From an uncultured virus (IMG/VR IMGVR_UViG_3300037010_004438) (lineage: Duplodnaviria > Heunggongvirae > Uroviricota > Caudoviricetes), in the IMG/VR virus record IMGVR_UViG_3300037010_004438: 64,000 bases of DNA; one strand, 5' to 3'. A program made the position numbers and the translations under genes. This document shows positions 19,082 through 29,360 of this stretch, piece by piece (the first letter of the stretch is position 1; every line of letters starts with the position of its first letter). The notes below the pieces were generated by a model. That model was not told the origin of the DNA. It saw only the letters and a program-made list of their open reading frames with translations, and searched no databases.

Positions 19082-19342
19082 TCAGAGACCGAGGATCTCG
19101 CGGAGCGCGGCAGGGGCGTCGTCGACGTTGCCGTCTCGGAGAAACCGTCGGAGGTGGTTGGGGTAGAGCCACTCTGCGAGTCGCTCCCGTGCTTCGCGGT
19201 CTTCGGGGATCGGCTTTCCGGCCATGCGCCACGCCACGCGGCGAACGTGCTGGTTCGGATGCAGGAGCGCGCGATGCGCGTCCGCGCCGAGGTGCTTGAG
19301 GGCGTATTCCGCGGAAGGACGGGTCATCTTGAGGATGTCCAC
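19082..19342 (-). CDS. hypothetical protein
   Basis: GAGG RBS; GTG start. Confidence 0.5.
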   Translation of the reverse strand: MDILKMTRPSAEYALKHLGADAHRALLHPNQHVRRVAWRMAGKPIPEDREARERLAEWLYPNHLRRFLRDGNVDDAPAALREILGL

Positions 19343-19399
19343 GTCGACCTCGTCGAGAGGCAGCGCGCTCGGAGGCGCGCCCCTCTCGTGTTCGGCGGA

Positions 19400-21022
19400 T
19401 TACTTGACCGGGACGTACGGAAGCGCGAGGAGGCTTTTGCTCTTCGGAGCCTTCATGGTGAGGAGGGCGCCAGCGGCGCGCTCCAGCTCGTCCTCGTACC
19501 AGGGGTCCTGGTTCGAGGTGTGCGCGTAGCGAGTGATCGCGTTCACCACGGCAGCACGGGTGTTGCCGCGGGCGGCCGAGGTATCCATCTCCCACGCGCG
19601 CACAAGCTGCGGGATAGTCTCCTTCGGCTTCTTGAGCGGCACCAGCTCGCGCTCGTACAGGCCGTTGAAGATGCCGGGGAGGGCGTCCTCGAAGCGGACG
19701 GGAAGGTCGACGCCCTTGGGGACGTCGAGAGTCTCGGCGTCGAGCTTCTCCTCGATCGCGTAATCCCACGCGTTGAGAAAGGCGCGGAGCGACTGGACCC
19801 CTTCGCGGAGTGCGATGCGCAGGCGGCTGGCGAGCTTGCCCACGTCGCCGATGTGACGGATGCGATCGAGCGGCTTGTTCGCCTCGTCGATGACGATGAG
19901 GTTCAGGCAGAGGTTCTGCCAGACCAATGCGCTCACGACGATGGATCCGTCGCCGGAGTCGGAGGCTCGGACGCGGATGCCGGCTTTGAAGAATTCCCCG
20001 GCCACGTAGTGCTTCGGCTGCACGTTGCTGTGGAACAGGACGTCGAAGGACGTCCGGTGTCCGTCGTAGTTGAAGTCCGCGCGTCCGTCTTGCGGCATCG
20101 CGATCTTGATCGCTTCGGCGACGCGGTCGACGTCGAAGGACGTGTAGGCGGGCGTCACGACGCCGTAGACCTCGCGCTGCCCCTCGGGACCGTTGCGGGT
20201 GCGGAACTTGATTCGATCCCGCTCCGGGGCGGGAAAGCGGCGCCGCTCGTACTCGGAGAGCGTGCTCCACCGCTCGACCGCCGCACGTTCGTCGGCGTCG
20301 AGCTTCGTCGCGTGCTCGTTGAAGTTGTGAGCGCGGAGCTGCGGCCAGCACTTGTCCATGAGGTAAGAGGCGCCTCCGATGTTCATGCGGTTGAGCAGGA
20401 CGGAGAAGGCCTCGCGGGTAAGCATGAAGCGCCCGAACCCCTCGTCGACGATGTTGCGTCCGGACGGGTCGCGACCGAGCAGGCGGAGCATCCGCCCGTC
20501 GGCGGCCATGCGCAGACCGGAAGCGGCGACGCAGACGTCTTTGCGTTCCTCGGCCCGGATGATGGCCCGGAAGTCGTCGCACGCCTTGCCGACGAAGGGG
20601 CGCGCGTTGTGCTCGTCGATCGAGCGTTGCGCGTTCTCTTCGCCGAGCGAGACGACGGGAGTGCCGCGCCGGTAGACGGTCTCGCGGAAGGAGAAGCCGC
20701 TCGCCTCGCCTCCGGCCTTGAGAGCTTCGGAGCGCGCCTTGCCGAGGATGTCGATCTCCCCGGACATGAAGCGTTCGATGGGCGCGGGAGGCGGCGCGAC
20801 GGGAGGAGGAGGCGCGGCGACGATCTCGGCCTGGAAGACGGGCCGCGGGGCCGGCGCGAGGTCGACGACGTTGGGCACGCCTCCGTGGCGGGCGACCATC
20901 TCATCACAGATCGGCATGACCTCGGAGGCGCTGAAGGCGAGGCGGGTCTCGCCGCCCAGCTCGATGCGGTGGGTAGGCTGACGGCGCACGGGCGCGCCGC
21001 CGACGATGTCGGTGCTCATCAT
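19400..21022 (-). CDS. DUF932-like protein
   Basis: YGVVTPAY..FD, GIRVRASDSGDGS, QNLCLNL and VVNAITRYAH resemble DUF932 motifs. Confidence 0.7.
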   Translation of the reverse strand: MMSTDIVGGAPVRRQPTHRIELGGETRLAFSASEVMPICDEMVARHGGVPNVVDLAPAPRPVFQAEIVAAPPPPVAPPPAPIERFMSGEIDILGKARSEALKAGGEASGFSFRETVYRRGTPVVSLGEENAQRSIDEHNARPFVGKACDDFRAIIRAEERKDVCVAASGLRMAADGRMLRLLGRDPSGRNIVDEGFGRFMLTREAFSVLLNRMNIGGASYLMDKCWPQLRAHNFNEHATKLDADERAAVERWSTLSEYERRRFPAPERDRIKFRTRNGPEGQREVYGVVTPAYTSFDVDRVAEAIKIAMPQDGRADFNYDGHRTSFDVLFHSNVQPKHYVAGEFFKAGIRVRASDSGDGSIVVSALVWQNLCLNLIVIDEANKPLDRIRHIGDVGKLASRLRIALREGVQSLRAFLNAWDYAIEEKLDAETLDVPKGVDLPVRFEDALPGIFNGLYERELVPLKKPKETIPQLVRAWEMDTSAARGNTRAAVVNAITRYAHTSNQDPWYEDELERAAGALLTMKAPKSKSLLALPYVPVK

Positions 21023-21089
21023 GAGGATTGCTCCTGGTTGATCGGGGTTTTTACCCCGGGGCGGAAGATGCGGCCGAGTGCTGCGTCTG

Positions 21090-21569
21090 TCAGGACTCGC
21101 TGCCGTGAGAGGGTTTTTTGAGATCGAGCAGCTCGCGAACCCAGTCCGCGCCGCCGCGCTCGGTCATGTATTCGATCTGGGCGAGGACGCCTTCGTTGTT
21201 GACGCTGCTCGCCTCCTGGGAAGCCAGCTCGTGAACATGGTCGTCGAGATCCTCGGAGCCGTACCGCGCCTTGATCTCCTCGATTTCATGGTCGGCGAGC
21301 GAAGGCGGCGATGGTTCGACCGAGAGGGACGAGACCTCGAAGGTCTCGCCCATCGTCTCCGCCCAGAACTCGATGAGCTTCGGATCGTGAGCGTCGATGC
21401 GGCGCGAAACGTCCTCGATCTCGTCGTCGGAGAGACCGACTTCGCGGAGGTTTCCGATCCACTCGCGCATGGTCGCGAAGCGGGCCGCGAACGCGGCCTC
21501 GACGGTTGCGAAGGCGGCGAGGTCCGTTCCGTGGCTGTGAGTGTATTCGAGGATGTGCACATGCTTCAT
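21090..21569 (-). CDS. hypothetical protein
   Basis: GTGA/ATG coupling; YTHSHGTD motif. Confidence 0.6.
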   Translation of the reverse strand: MKHVHILEYTHSHGTDLAAFATVEAAFAARFATMREWIGNLREVGLSDDEIEDVSRRIDAHDPKLIEFWAETMGETFEVSSLSVEPSPPSLADHEIEEIKARYGSEDLDDHVHELASQEASSVNNEGVLAQIEYMTERGGADWVRELLDLKKPSHGSES

Positions 21570-21994
21570 GTGTGAATGCTCCACGCCAGCTCGCGGCTCG
21601 GGGAGAGGGAGACGGAGAAGGACGGCTCCGCGCCGCTCCCCCATCCGTCATGCGGCCCGTGGAAGATGACGCCTCCGTTCGAGAAGAGGCGGTGCGGTTC
21701 TTCTCGCGAGACGATCGAGAAGCCGAAGGAGGCGGGCGCGAAGTCGGAGTAAAGGACGACCTTGGCAGGCTTGCCGAAGTACGTCCCTGCGCCGACCAGG
21801 CGCACGATCGTTTTGTAGAGGTCCGAGAGGCGTCCGATGCGGGACGCGAACTCGACGGTCCTCTGATAGTGATCTTGGCACTCGATCGAGATCTTCTCCT
21901 CGTACAGGAGCGCCGCGAGGATCGTGCCGTAGTACGTGATCTTCTCCTCTTCGGTCATGCAGGCTTCGACGCGGTCCATGGGATCTCCCTTCAT
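21566..21994 (-). CDS. hypothetical phage protein
   Basis: LYSDFAPASFGF..NGGVIFHG..WSIHT conserved-looking motif. Confidence 0.65.
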   Translation of the reverse strand: MKGDPMDRVEACMTEEEKITYYGTILAALLYEEKISIECQDHYQRTVEFASRIGRLSDLYKTIVRLVGAGTYFGKPAKVVLYSDFAPASFGFSIVSREEPHRLFSNGGVIFHGPHDGWGSGAEPSFSVSLSPSRELAWSIHT

Positions 21995-22049
21995 CGATCG
22001 CTCATCGCGACGCCGTGGTAGCCGGCGAGCTTCTTACGGACGCGCATGG

Positions 22050-22526
22050 CTAGAACCCCCGCGTCGGACGCTTCATGAAGCGGTTCTTGGCGGCGGCCGA
22101 CTTCGCCTTCTTCTCTGGCGCTGGCTTCGGCGTCGGGGAGGTCGCGCTCTCGTCGAGAGCGGCGGAGATGTAGAGGTAGCCGCACGACCTTCGCGGGTTG
22201 CATCGCAGGCGGTAACCGTCGCCCGCGATCTCGACCTCGGCGTCTTCGGAGGTGCGCGGGAGCTTGTAGTCGCGGGCCATGGCCCGGAGCATGGGCATCG
22301 CCTTGTGATTGAGCCATTCTTCGAGAGCTTTGCGCTCTTCGGGACTGGCCTCGCCCTCGACGCCCTGGCGATCCCAGAGCGTGTCGACGGACGTGCCGTC
22401 GAAGATTGCGCGCGCCGACCAGTGAAAGCGGACGCCTGGAGCGGGGTTCAGACCCCACCCCTTGTCAGGCCCTTTCGTGGCCGGAGATTTGACCGTTTCG
22501 CCGGTCGAGCCATTTTGGTTCGCCAT
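22050..22526 (-). CDS. hypothetical protein
   Basis: AAGGAG RBS. Confidence 0.6.
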   Translation of the reverse strand: MANQNGSTGETVKSPATKGPDKGWGLNPAPGVRFHWSARAIFDGTSVDTLWDRQGVEGEASPEERKALEEWLNHKAMPMLRAMARDYKLPRTSEDAEVEIAGDGYRLRCNPRRSCGYLYISAALDESATSPTPKPAPEKKAKSAAAKNRFMKRPTRGF

Positions 22527-22564
22527 GAAGATTGCTCCTTTGGTCTGAGGATGGCGCTAAGCGC

Positions 22565-23146
22565 CTAGCGAAGATGCTGAGCGACGTACCGCTTTGCTTT
22601 GGCGCGTACGTGCGCGGGCGTTTCGGCCGGGAGAGCGCTCTCGCCCGGCATTCGGGTACGAAAGGTTTCGAGCGAGTCATAGACGCCCGAGGCGATGGCA
22701 GCCTCGACGATCGTCTGATCGTGCGGCGGCCATTCGCCTTCGTAGCCGATGGTTTTGAGGATGGAGTAGAGTCTTGCGCGCCCCTCGCGGGACTTGAAGG
22801 AGGGGACGTCGACGCGGACGACGGCGCAGTCGTAGGGGAAGCGGCCGCTGTTTTTGTTGCGGATCGGCGGGTCGTAATCGGCGACGTCGGCAAGGATAGC
22901 GAGCCAGCTTCCATCGGGCGCTCGCCTTCCCCACTTTCCGCCGTGCTCTTCCCAGCGAACGTCGCTCCCGAGGTCGACGAAGCCGCGCATTCCGGGCGGC
23001 TGACGCTGCTCGTAGGCGCATTTGCGGCACGCTTCGAGGTGCTTTTCGACCTCGTGCGCGGCGGAGTCCCCCTCGACTCGAAAGCCGCACCAGCCGACGA
23101 ACGTGAGACGTTCGACGTCGGGCGGGTAGAGGTATCCGCGCTTCAC
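22565..23146 (-). CDS. hypothetical protein
   Basis: GGAGG RBS; GTG start coupled to the upstream stop. Confidence 0.55.
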   Translation of the reverse strand: MKRGYLYPPDVERLTFVGWCGFRVEGDSAAHEVEKHLEACRKCAYEQRQPPGMRGFVDLGSDVRWEEHGGKWGRRAPDGSWLAILADVADYDPPIRNKNSGRFPYDCAVVRVDVPSFKSREGRARLYSILKTIGYEGEWPPHDQTIVEAAIASGVYDSLETFRTRMPGESALPAETPAHVRAKAKRYVAQHLR

Positions 23147-23549
23147 GTTTCCTCCTTCGCCGCATCTTTGTCGACGATGCGGATCTTCTCCGGCGTGAAG
23201 GCGACGTCGGGGCGGGCCATGGTCGCGATGAGCGCCTTCGCGCGCTCCTCGGCGCACGCCTCGGCGCCGGGCGGCGTGCTGTAGCCTCCGTGTTCGAGCT
23301 GGTGACGAATCTCTTCCTGTCCCGTCGAAAGACGGCGGAAGGGGAAGCGGTACATTTTCATGAGGATTACTTCTTTGCGGGAAGAGCGAAATTCATCGGA
23401 GATTCGCCCTCCGCCTTTTTGGTGTTTTTTCGAGACGTTCGATTTCGGCGTCGAGTTCGTCGATTTCGTCGGCAAGTTCGACGCCGCGACACCGGGAGGC
23501 GATCGAGAAGCAGGTTCGCGCGCAGCTCGCGCGTCCGATCGAGCGTGAT

Positions 23550-24110
23550 TCAGCTGCCGCCGTCGCCGTAGCCGTTGCCGACGCCGCCGCCGACGCCGCC
23601 GCCGTCGCCGCGGCCGTCGCCACGACCGCTGCCGCCGCCGTCGCCGTCGCCGCCGCCGTCGCCGTAGCCGCCGCCGTCGCCGTCGCCGCCGCCGTCGCCA
23701 CGGCCGCTGCCGTAGCCGAAGCCGCTGCCGTCGCCGTAGCCGGTGCCGTCGCCGAAGCCGAAGACGGTGCCGTAGCCGAAGCCTCCGCCGTCGCCGTCGC
23801 CGTCGCCGCCGCCGCCGTTGCCGTCGCCGTCGCCGCCGCCGGTCTCTAGGCCACCCGCGTCGGATCCCGCCAAGCCATCCTCCGTGAGGTTGCGCGCTTG
23901 CGTCTCTGCACACCACAAGCTGTAGGCCCTCGGGTCTGCGGTGAGGCGCCTCCCGAGTTCGGCGACGTCGGACACGGAGACCGCGTACCAGGCCCGCGTG
24001 CCGCTTTCGTAATACGCGAAACCGTCGCTATACGGCATTGCGTTCAGGAGCGCGACGCCGGCGGCGAGGTGGTCGACGCGCGCGCCGAGGGCGATCTGGA
24101 TGGTCTTCAT
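23550..24110 (-). CDS. hypothetical protein with Gly/Asp/Tyr-rich (GDG/GYG) C-terminal tail
   Basis: AAGGAG RBS; ends ...GYGDGGS*. Confidence 0.7.
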   Translation of the reverse strand: MKTIQIALGARVDHLAAGVALLNAMPYSDGFAYYESGTRAWYAVSVSDVAELGRRLTADPRAYSLWCAETQARNLTEDGLAGSDAGGLETGGGDGDGNGGGGDGDGDGGGFGYGTVFGFGDGTGYGDGSGFGYGSGRGDGGGDGDGGGYGDGGGDGDGGGSGRGDGRGDGGGVGGGVGNGYGDGGS

Positions 24111-24215
24111 ATTTCTACTCCTTTTGCCGCGTCGTCCGTGCGAAAGAGCGAGAGGCTGCCGCGCGTATTCGCTCGCATCGCTCCCTTGTTTTCCGAGCAC
24201 CGGCGCGCGCCGCCG

Positions 24216-24273
24216 CGCGCGAGTCACGCTCGCGCGCCGCGGTGCACGATGCTACTCGGTCGTAAATCGCGGG
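24216..24273. repeat. 58-bp dispersed repeat, copy 1 (copy 2 at 28174-28231)
   Basis: CGCGCGAGTCACGCTCGCGCGCCGCGGTGCACGATGCTACTCGGYCGTAAATCGCGGG; both copies lie just past a Gly-rich gene stop. Confidence 0.9.
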
Positions 24274-24293
24274 AGCGTCCGATCGTATGGGTT

Positions 24294-24599
24294 TCAGCTG
24301 CCGCCGTCGCCGTTGCCGTCGCCGTCGCCACCGCCGGAGCCGGCGCCGCCGCCGATGCCGCCGCCGATGCCGTCGCCGTAGCCGTCACCGTAACCGTCGC
24401 CGTCGCCGCCGCCGACGCCGTCGCCGTAGCCGTCACCGTCGCCGTCGCCGCCGCCGCCGCCGTAGCCGTTACCGGAGCTGGAGCCGGAGCCGGAGCCGAC
24501 ACCGCCGCCGCCGCCGCGGCCGGCCATCGCACTGCCCACGTCGCCGTGGCCGGCCCTCACATTGCCCACGCCGCCGTGGCCGGCCATCACGCCGCTCAC
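24294..24599 (-). CDS. Gly-rich low-complexity protein
   Basis: GDG/GYG repeats; ends GDGGS*; GTG start overlaps the upstream TGA. Confidence 0.55.
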   Translation of the reverse strand: MSGVMAGHGGVGNVRAGHGDVGSAMAGRGGGGGVGSGSGSSSGNGYGGGGGDGDGDGYGDGVGGGDGDGYGDGYGDGIGGGIGGGAGSGGGDGDGNGDGGS

Positions 24600-24700
24600 G
24601 TTGCCCCCTCTATGGAGGCTGCGGCCTCCGGCTCGCGGACGTCGGCCGAGTAGGTGCGGACGATCACCGGCCGCAGGGCGGCCTTCGAGGTCTTCGTCAT
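24596..24700 (-). pseudogene. internally deleted paralogue of the DUF6948-like gene at 28569-28961
   Basis: 34 aa MTKTSKAALRPVIVRTYSADVREPEAAASIEGAT keeps both ends of RPVLIRTYSAG...QEAVASIEGAS; AAAGGAG RBS. Confidence 0.7.
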
Positions 24701-24819
24701 GTGGCAATGCTCCTTTCAGAAAACGAGAAAGCCCGCGCCATCCTTGTCGGACGGGCGGGCTTACGGGAAGTCGATGGGCGGCGCGGAAATCGATGGTCGC
24801 TAGGCGTCCCGCGAGCGGG

Positions 24820-25908
24820 TTACTTCGCGTTCCATGTGGGCAGCACGCGCCCACGGTATCCGAGTTCCTTCAACTCTTCCACCTTGGCCTTCGCGTCGCG
24901 TAGCCTGCTATAGCTCGCGAGCTTCTTGAATTCACCGTACCCCGTGAAATCGGCTCGGTAGCTCGACTCGGCCGTTTCGGCGTTCGCCGTCGGGCTCGTC
25001 GAGTAGAAGGGGACGATGTATCCATCGATCCCGACAGCTTCCATGGCGTCGAGGGCGGCGATCGCGTCCTCTTCGCTCGTGTAGCGCCGGAAATTCGGGA
25101 CATCGATCGGAATGCCCTTCGGGCGATGCCCGACGCGGACGTCGAAGCCGCGCAGGTGCAATTCGAGCTTCGCCTTGTCGGGCGGCGCGATGGCGGCGCC
25201 CTTGCTCGCGAAGTAGCGCGGCTCGACGAGGACCATGTATTCGCCTCGCCGCTCGTACAGCGGGCGAACTTCGACCTTTCGGCCTTGCGCCGCCAGCTCG
25301 GAGCGCTTTTTTTCGGCGGCCCTTTTCCTGCGGAAGGCGCCGCGCGAGACTTTCTGCCCCCACCCGGAGTCCCCCTCGAAGACGTCGGAGCGGACCTCGC
25401 GGACCTCGTACCGGGAGGGGCGGATCCCCTCCTTCAGCGGCGTGAGATTGACGCGGTTCGCGTCCTTGTCGCGCGCGGCGACGGTCCAAACCTCGCCGCT
25501 CTTCATGTTGCGTAGGTGTACGTTTACTGCGCCGAGGCGCAGGGCCGTGGCGGCGGCGTCGATGGCCTGTGAGCGGTGCTCGAAGGTCATCGTTTTCCCG
25601 ACCGTCGACCATTTGTCGTCTTCCTTGGCCCGCTTCTTTTCGCGGGTGAAGTAGACGCTCCACTTTTTGTCGACCTCGCGGATGGGCGTGAGGTCGAGCA
25701 CCCCGTTTTCGATCGCGATCTTCCACCGCCTCTTTTCGAGGCGGTCGGTTAGGATCACGTCCTCGAAGAGCAGTGGGAGGACGACGCAGCCCTCGGCGAC
25801 CTTGCGTGCTTCGGCAAGGTCCTCGTGCTCGGAGCGTTCGCGCGTTTTGCCGCCCTTCGCGCCGATGCGCGTGCGGCTAACCACGTACCGTTTCCTTTCG
25901 CTGCTCAT
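24820..25908 (-). CDS. hypothetical protein of repeated small alpha/beta modules
   Basis: GGAGGGAAGG RBS; overlaps the upstream stop. Confidence 0.65.
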   Translation of the reverse strand: MSSERKRYVVSRTRIGAKGGKTRERSEHEDLAEARKVAEGCVVLPLLFEDVILTDRLEKRRWKIAIENGVLDLTPIREVDKKWSVYFTREKKRAKEDDKWSTVGKTMTFEHRSQAIDAAATALRLGAVNVHLRNMKSGEVWTVAARDKDANRVNLTPLKEGIRPSRYEVREVRSDVFEGDSGWGQKVSRGAFRRKRAAEKKRSELAAQGRKVEVRPLYERRGEYMVLVEPRYFASKGAAIAPPDKAKLELHLRGFDVRVGHRPKGIPIDVPNFRRYTSEEDAIAALDAMEAVGIDGYIVPFYSTSPTANAETAESSYRADFTGYGEFKKLASYSRLRDAKAKVEELKELGYRGRVLPTWNAK

Positions 25909-26951
25909 TTCCTTCCCTCCGCCCTGGCCTTGCGATCGCGCTCCGCGATTCGCTCGACCTTGGCGCCGATCTTGTCTGAGCGCTTCTTTTCGCGCTCGGC
26001 CTTGCGGGCACTTTTGCCCGCCTCCCAAGCATCGCGCTCGGCCTTGGCCGCCGCCTTGCGCGCCTTTTCGGCTTCGGCGGCGGCGACGGCGGCGCGGTGC
26101 GCTTCGATGGCCTTGGCCGCACGCGCCTGTTGCTCGGCGCGCTTGGCGCTGGCGCGGGCGCGCAGCGCGTCCGCTTCCGCTTTCTTCTCTTCGGGCGTGC
26201 GAGGATCGTGCGGACCGCTCGCGCGAAGTTGCTCGGCGCGACGCCGTTCGAATTCCTCGCCCACGATCTGACGTTTGGCCTCGGCGATCGTCTTGTGAAA
26301 GGTCGCCTCGTCGAGGACTTCGGCGTCGAGCACGGGCGCCATGGGGTCGCGCTCGGCGCGCTCCTTGGACGCTCGGATGGCCTTGTAGGCCGCGGCGACC
26401 GCCTGGTCGCGCAGCTTGTAGGCCGAATGGAACCGCCACGGCTCGGCGGGCCAGCGCGTTCGCTGGCCGTACCGATCGGGAGGCGAATCCCAGGCCGCGA
26501 GGCGCGCGACGACGTAGAAGCGAGGGCCAGCGGCCGTCTCTGCCCTCACCGGGAGCAGGGTCAAGAGACCGGGCTCGGCGTTGTGCTTCTGCGCGACGCC
26601 CCACCGATCCCCGTTTGGAGCGGTCAGGACGAAATACCGGTTTCCCTTGATCACGAGGCGGCGCAGGACGCGCAGTGCGCCCTTGCGCGTCGCCGTCTTC
26701 GTGTGCCAAGGCTGGCCGCCTCGCAAGCCCGTGATCGTCCACGGCTCGCTCGGCGTACCGGCGGCGCGGGTGAACGTCCGACGTTGGCCGGTCGATTCTT
26801 CGATCAACTCGACCCCGGATGCGTCCGGGTCGGCGAGCATGTCGCGCGCGACCTTGATCGCCTCATCGAGCGGCCCGTCGTACACGAACACGTCGTTTTG
26901 CTCGGGATCCTTGTCGGTGACGAGGATCCGGTACCTGTATCGCTCGGTCAT
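25905..26951 (-). CDS. hypothetical protein with C-terminal coiled coil
   Basis: 348-aa ORF with typical codon bias. Confidence 0.65.
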   Translation of the reverse strand: MTERYRYRILVTDKDPEQNDVFVYDGPLDEAIKVARDMLADPDASGVELIEESTGQRRTFTRAAGTPSEPWTITGLRGGQPWHTKTATRKGALRVLRRLVIKGNRYFVLTAPNGDRWGVAQKHNAEPGLLTLLPVRAETAAGPRFYVVARLAAWDSPPDRYGQRTRWPAEPWRFHSAYKLRDQAVAAAYKAIRASKERAERDPMAPVLDAEVLDEATFHKTIAEAKRQIVGEEFERRRAEQLRASGPHDPRTPEEKKAEADALRARASAKRAEQQARAAKAIEAHRAAVAAAEAEKARKAAAKAERDAWEAGKSARKAEREKKRSDKIGAKVERIAERDRKARAEGRK

Positions 26952-27103
26952 CGAGCGCCATCCTACACCGGACCGATGACGCGCACCATCCCGCGCGGCG
27001 TGGTTCGGCGTTTTGGGGAAAACACGAAAACCCCGCGCCCCACGAGGGGGTGCAGGGTCGGAAGGCTCGCCGGATGGTATGGGCGAGCCGGGAAAGGGCT
27101 GGA

Positions 27104-28003
27104 TCAGAGGCGCGCGGAGCGGCGCTCAACGGCGTCGGCGAGGATCGTCAGCTCGCTTTCGCCCTCGGGCTCGAATTGACGGCGAATTGCCCTTAGTACG
27201 CCATCTTCCGCTTTCTTGCCGCGGAATGCGGCGGCGCGGGCGGCGCCGGCCTCCTCGCGCGTGTCGTGAACCGCGACGCTACAGCCGGCCCACGGGCGCA
27301 CGGCTTTGCTCGCGTTGAAATCCGCTCCGGGCGCAATGTCCCGGTTGAATCGGGAGATCTGAGCATCGCGCGCGATCGCGAGCCGTTCGGTAAGTGGCCG
27401 CTTTGGCGGCCGAATCGGCGCGGCGAGCGTCCGCGCTTCGGTCGACTTCCCGGGAGTCGGGGTCGCCCCGGCTTTCTGCTTCACGCGCCGGCAATCGGCC
27501 GCGCACGAGCCGATCGCGTCGGGGCAGACATGCACGACGTGCGCGATCGTCTTGCCGTGGGGGCGAGTGCCGGCGATCAAGACGTCGCGGACGATATGCG
27601 GCGGATTTTTGGATGCCGCACGCTTGAGCCCCTTCCTACTAGGGGTTGGCGATGCGGACGGCGCATATCCGTACAAGACGGCGAGCGAGACGGCCGGAGC
27701 CGTGTCGACGCGGTACGCGCCGCCGAGTCGATAACTCTCTATCTTCGCGACCTTGCCGCCGGGCAAGATCGTCCGGATCGTCACCGGGGCGTTGTGGGGA
27801 ACGAAGGTCGGGCGACCCTCGTCCATCGGGTAGCTGCACACGCCTCCCGCCGTCGTGGGCGGGGCGAACGTGCAGACGAGCGACGGGCGGACCGGCAGCC
27901 CGCGCTTGCGGGGGCCGAGGTCGCCACACACCTCGCCGAAGTACGGCAAGGTGTCGCGCGTAACCTGCTCGCAAGGCGGCAGGCCGGAAGGGTCGATGTA
28001 CAT
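27104..28003 (-). CDS. hypothetical protein
   Basis: AAAGGAG RBS before MYIDP. Confidence 0.55.
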   Translation of the reverse strand: MYIDPSGLPPCEQVTRDTLPYFGEVCGDLGPRKRGLPVRPSLVCTFAPPTTAGGVCSYPMDEGRPTFVPHNAPVTIRTILPGGKVAKIESYRLGGAYRVDTAPAVSLAVLYGYAPSASPTPSRKGLKRAASKNPPHIVRDVLIAGTRPHGKTIAHVVHVCPDAIGSCAADCRRVKQKAGATPTPGKSTEARTLAAPIRPPKRPLTERLAIARDAQISRFNRDIAPGADFNASKAVRPWAGCSVAVHDTREEAGAARAAAFRGKKAEDGVLRAIRRQFEPEGESELTILADAVERRSARL

Positions 28004-28032
28004 CGCGCTCCTTTGGTCAGTCGGAACCGCAA

Positions 28033-28162
28033 AAAGCCCGCGCTCGGTCCATTCCGAGGCGGGCCATGATCCGCGCTTTTCCGCGCTGGTAGATACGCCC
28101 GAAAAAAATCGAACGCATCTATCAACGCGGAAAGCGGAGCCGGGCAACGCCGGCTCACGCTT
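28033..28162 (-). repeat. ~130-bp structured leader repeat, copy 1 (copy 2 at 29361-29488)
   Basis: near-identical copies containing the long hairpin TTTCCGCGCTGGTAGATRCG..CGCATCTATCAACGCGGAAA. Confidence 0.9.
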
Positions 28163-28263
28163 TCCGTGCCGAACGCGCGAGTCACGCTCGCGCGCCGCGG
28201 TGCACGATGCTACTCGGCCGTAAATCGCGGGCGCGCTGTAGTGCGCGCCCGAACGTGTGGGTT

Positions 28264-28581
28264 TCAGCTGCCGCCGTCGCCGCCGCCGAAACCGTCTCCG
28301 TAGCCGTCGCCGAATCCAATGCCGCTGCCGGAACCGTCACCGGCGCCGTCGCCGACGCCGGCGCCGGAACCGTGTTCGTAGCCGGATCCGTAGCTGTATC
28401 CGGCCCCGTAGCCGGATCCGTCGCCAAAGCCGGCGCCGGCGTCGTTGCCGGTGCCGGAGCGATCGCCGTCGCCGGTGCCGGAGCCGTAGCCGGAACCGTC
28501 ACCCGAGCCGTCGCCCTCGGCGTAGCCATCTCCAGTGCCGTATCCACGACCGTCGCCGCGGGCGGGCATCACGCTACCCAC
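28264..28581 (-). CDS. Gly-rich low-complexity protein
   Basis: GDG/GYG/GSG repeats; ends GDGGS*. Confidence 0.6.
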   Translation of the reverse strand: MGSVMPARGDGRGYGTGDGYAEGDGSGDGSGYGSGTGDGDRSGTGNDAGAGFGDGSGYGAGYSYGSGYEHGSGAGVGDGAGDGSGSGIGFGDGYGDGFGGGDGGS

Positions 28582-28961
28582 GATGCTCCCTCAATGGAGG
28601 CCACGGCCTCCTGGGTACAGTCAATGATCTCGATCGCTTCCGTCAGAATGATCGTGACGGGCGACGCGACCTTACTCTTTGCTTGATCGAGACCGCTCGC
28701 CGCGATCTCGCTCAGTGTCCATGCGCCGAACCACTTCCATATACGGCGAGCGCGTTCCAGTTTTACCTCCTTGCCTCTTTGAGAGACAAGGTAGCCGAAG
28801 TGAACGCCGGCCGAGTAGGTGCGGATGAGCACGGGGCGGGCGGCGGTCTTCTTCGCGGTCTTCTTCGCGGTCTTCTTCGCGGTCTTCTTCGCGGTCTTCG
28901 CGGTCTTGGTGGTGGTTTTGGTGGTGGTTTTGGTGGTCTTGATGGTGGTTTTGGTATTCAT
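28569..28961 (-). CDS. DUF6948-like protein with Thr/Lys-rich N-terminal repeats
   Basis: VLIRTYSAGVHFG..ARRIWKW.GAWTLSEIA..IILTEAIEII; (TAKK)n N-terminus. Confidence 0.75.
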   Translation of the reverse strand: MNTKTTIKTTKTTTKTTTKTAKTAKKTAKKTAKKTAKKTAARPVLIRTYSAGVHFGYLVSQRGKEVKLERARRIWKWFGAWTLSEIAASGLDQAKSKVASPVTIILTEAIEIIDCTQEAVASIEGASWVA

Positions 28962-28987
28962 TGATCCTCCGTGTCCAACACGTGGCA

Positions 28988-29338
28988 CTACGCCGCAGTT
29001 TTGCTGTCGGAGCCGTCGCCGTCGCCGCCACCGATGCCGTAGCCGTAGCCGTCGGCGTAGCCGTAGCCGTCGGCGTAGCCGGAACCGTCACCGTCGCCGG
29101 CACCGGCACCGGAGCCGTCTCCGAAGCCGTAACCGTCACCGTACCCGGAACCGAAGCCGTAACCGTCGTCGATGCCGATACCGAAGCCGTCGCCGTCTCC
29201 GTCTCCGGAACCGAAGCCGTCACTGGAACCGTAGCCGAAGCCGGAACCGGAGCCGGCTCCGGCCGTCACGCCGCCCACGGTGGCCGCCGTGGTCACGATG
29301 GTCTTGGCGGCTTTGGTGGCCTTGGTTTCGGCGTCCAT
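28988..29338 (-). CDS. Gly-rich low-complexity protein
   Basis: AAAGGAG RBS; GFG/GYG/GDG repeats. Confidence 0.6.
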   Translation of the reverse strand: MDAETKATKAAKTIVTTAATVGGVTAGAGSGSGFGYGSSDGFGSGDGDGDGFGIGIDDGYGFGSGYGDGYGFGDGSGAGAGDGDGSGYADGYGYADGYGYGIGGGDGDGSDSKTAA

Positions 29339-29360
29339 GACTTCTCCTTTCAGAAAATAG

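Noticed and set aside
10076..21121. Long plus-strand ORFs (10076-11380, 12780-15137, 19154-21121)
   Set aside because: Antisense shadows of real minus-strand genes, expected with high GC3 codon bias. The same applies to the minus-strand shadows 32549-35113, 45669-47540 and 48453-49694.
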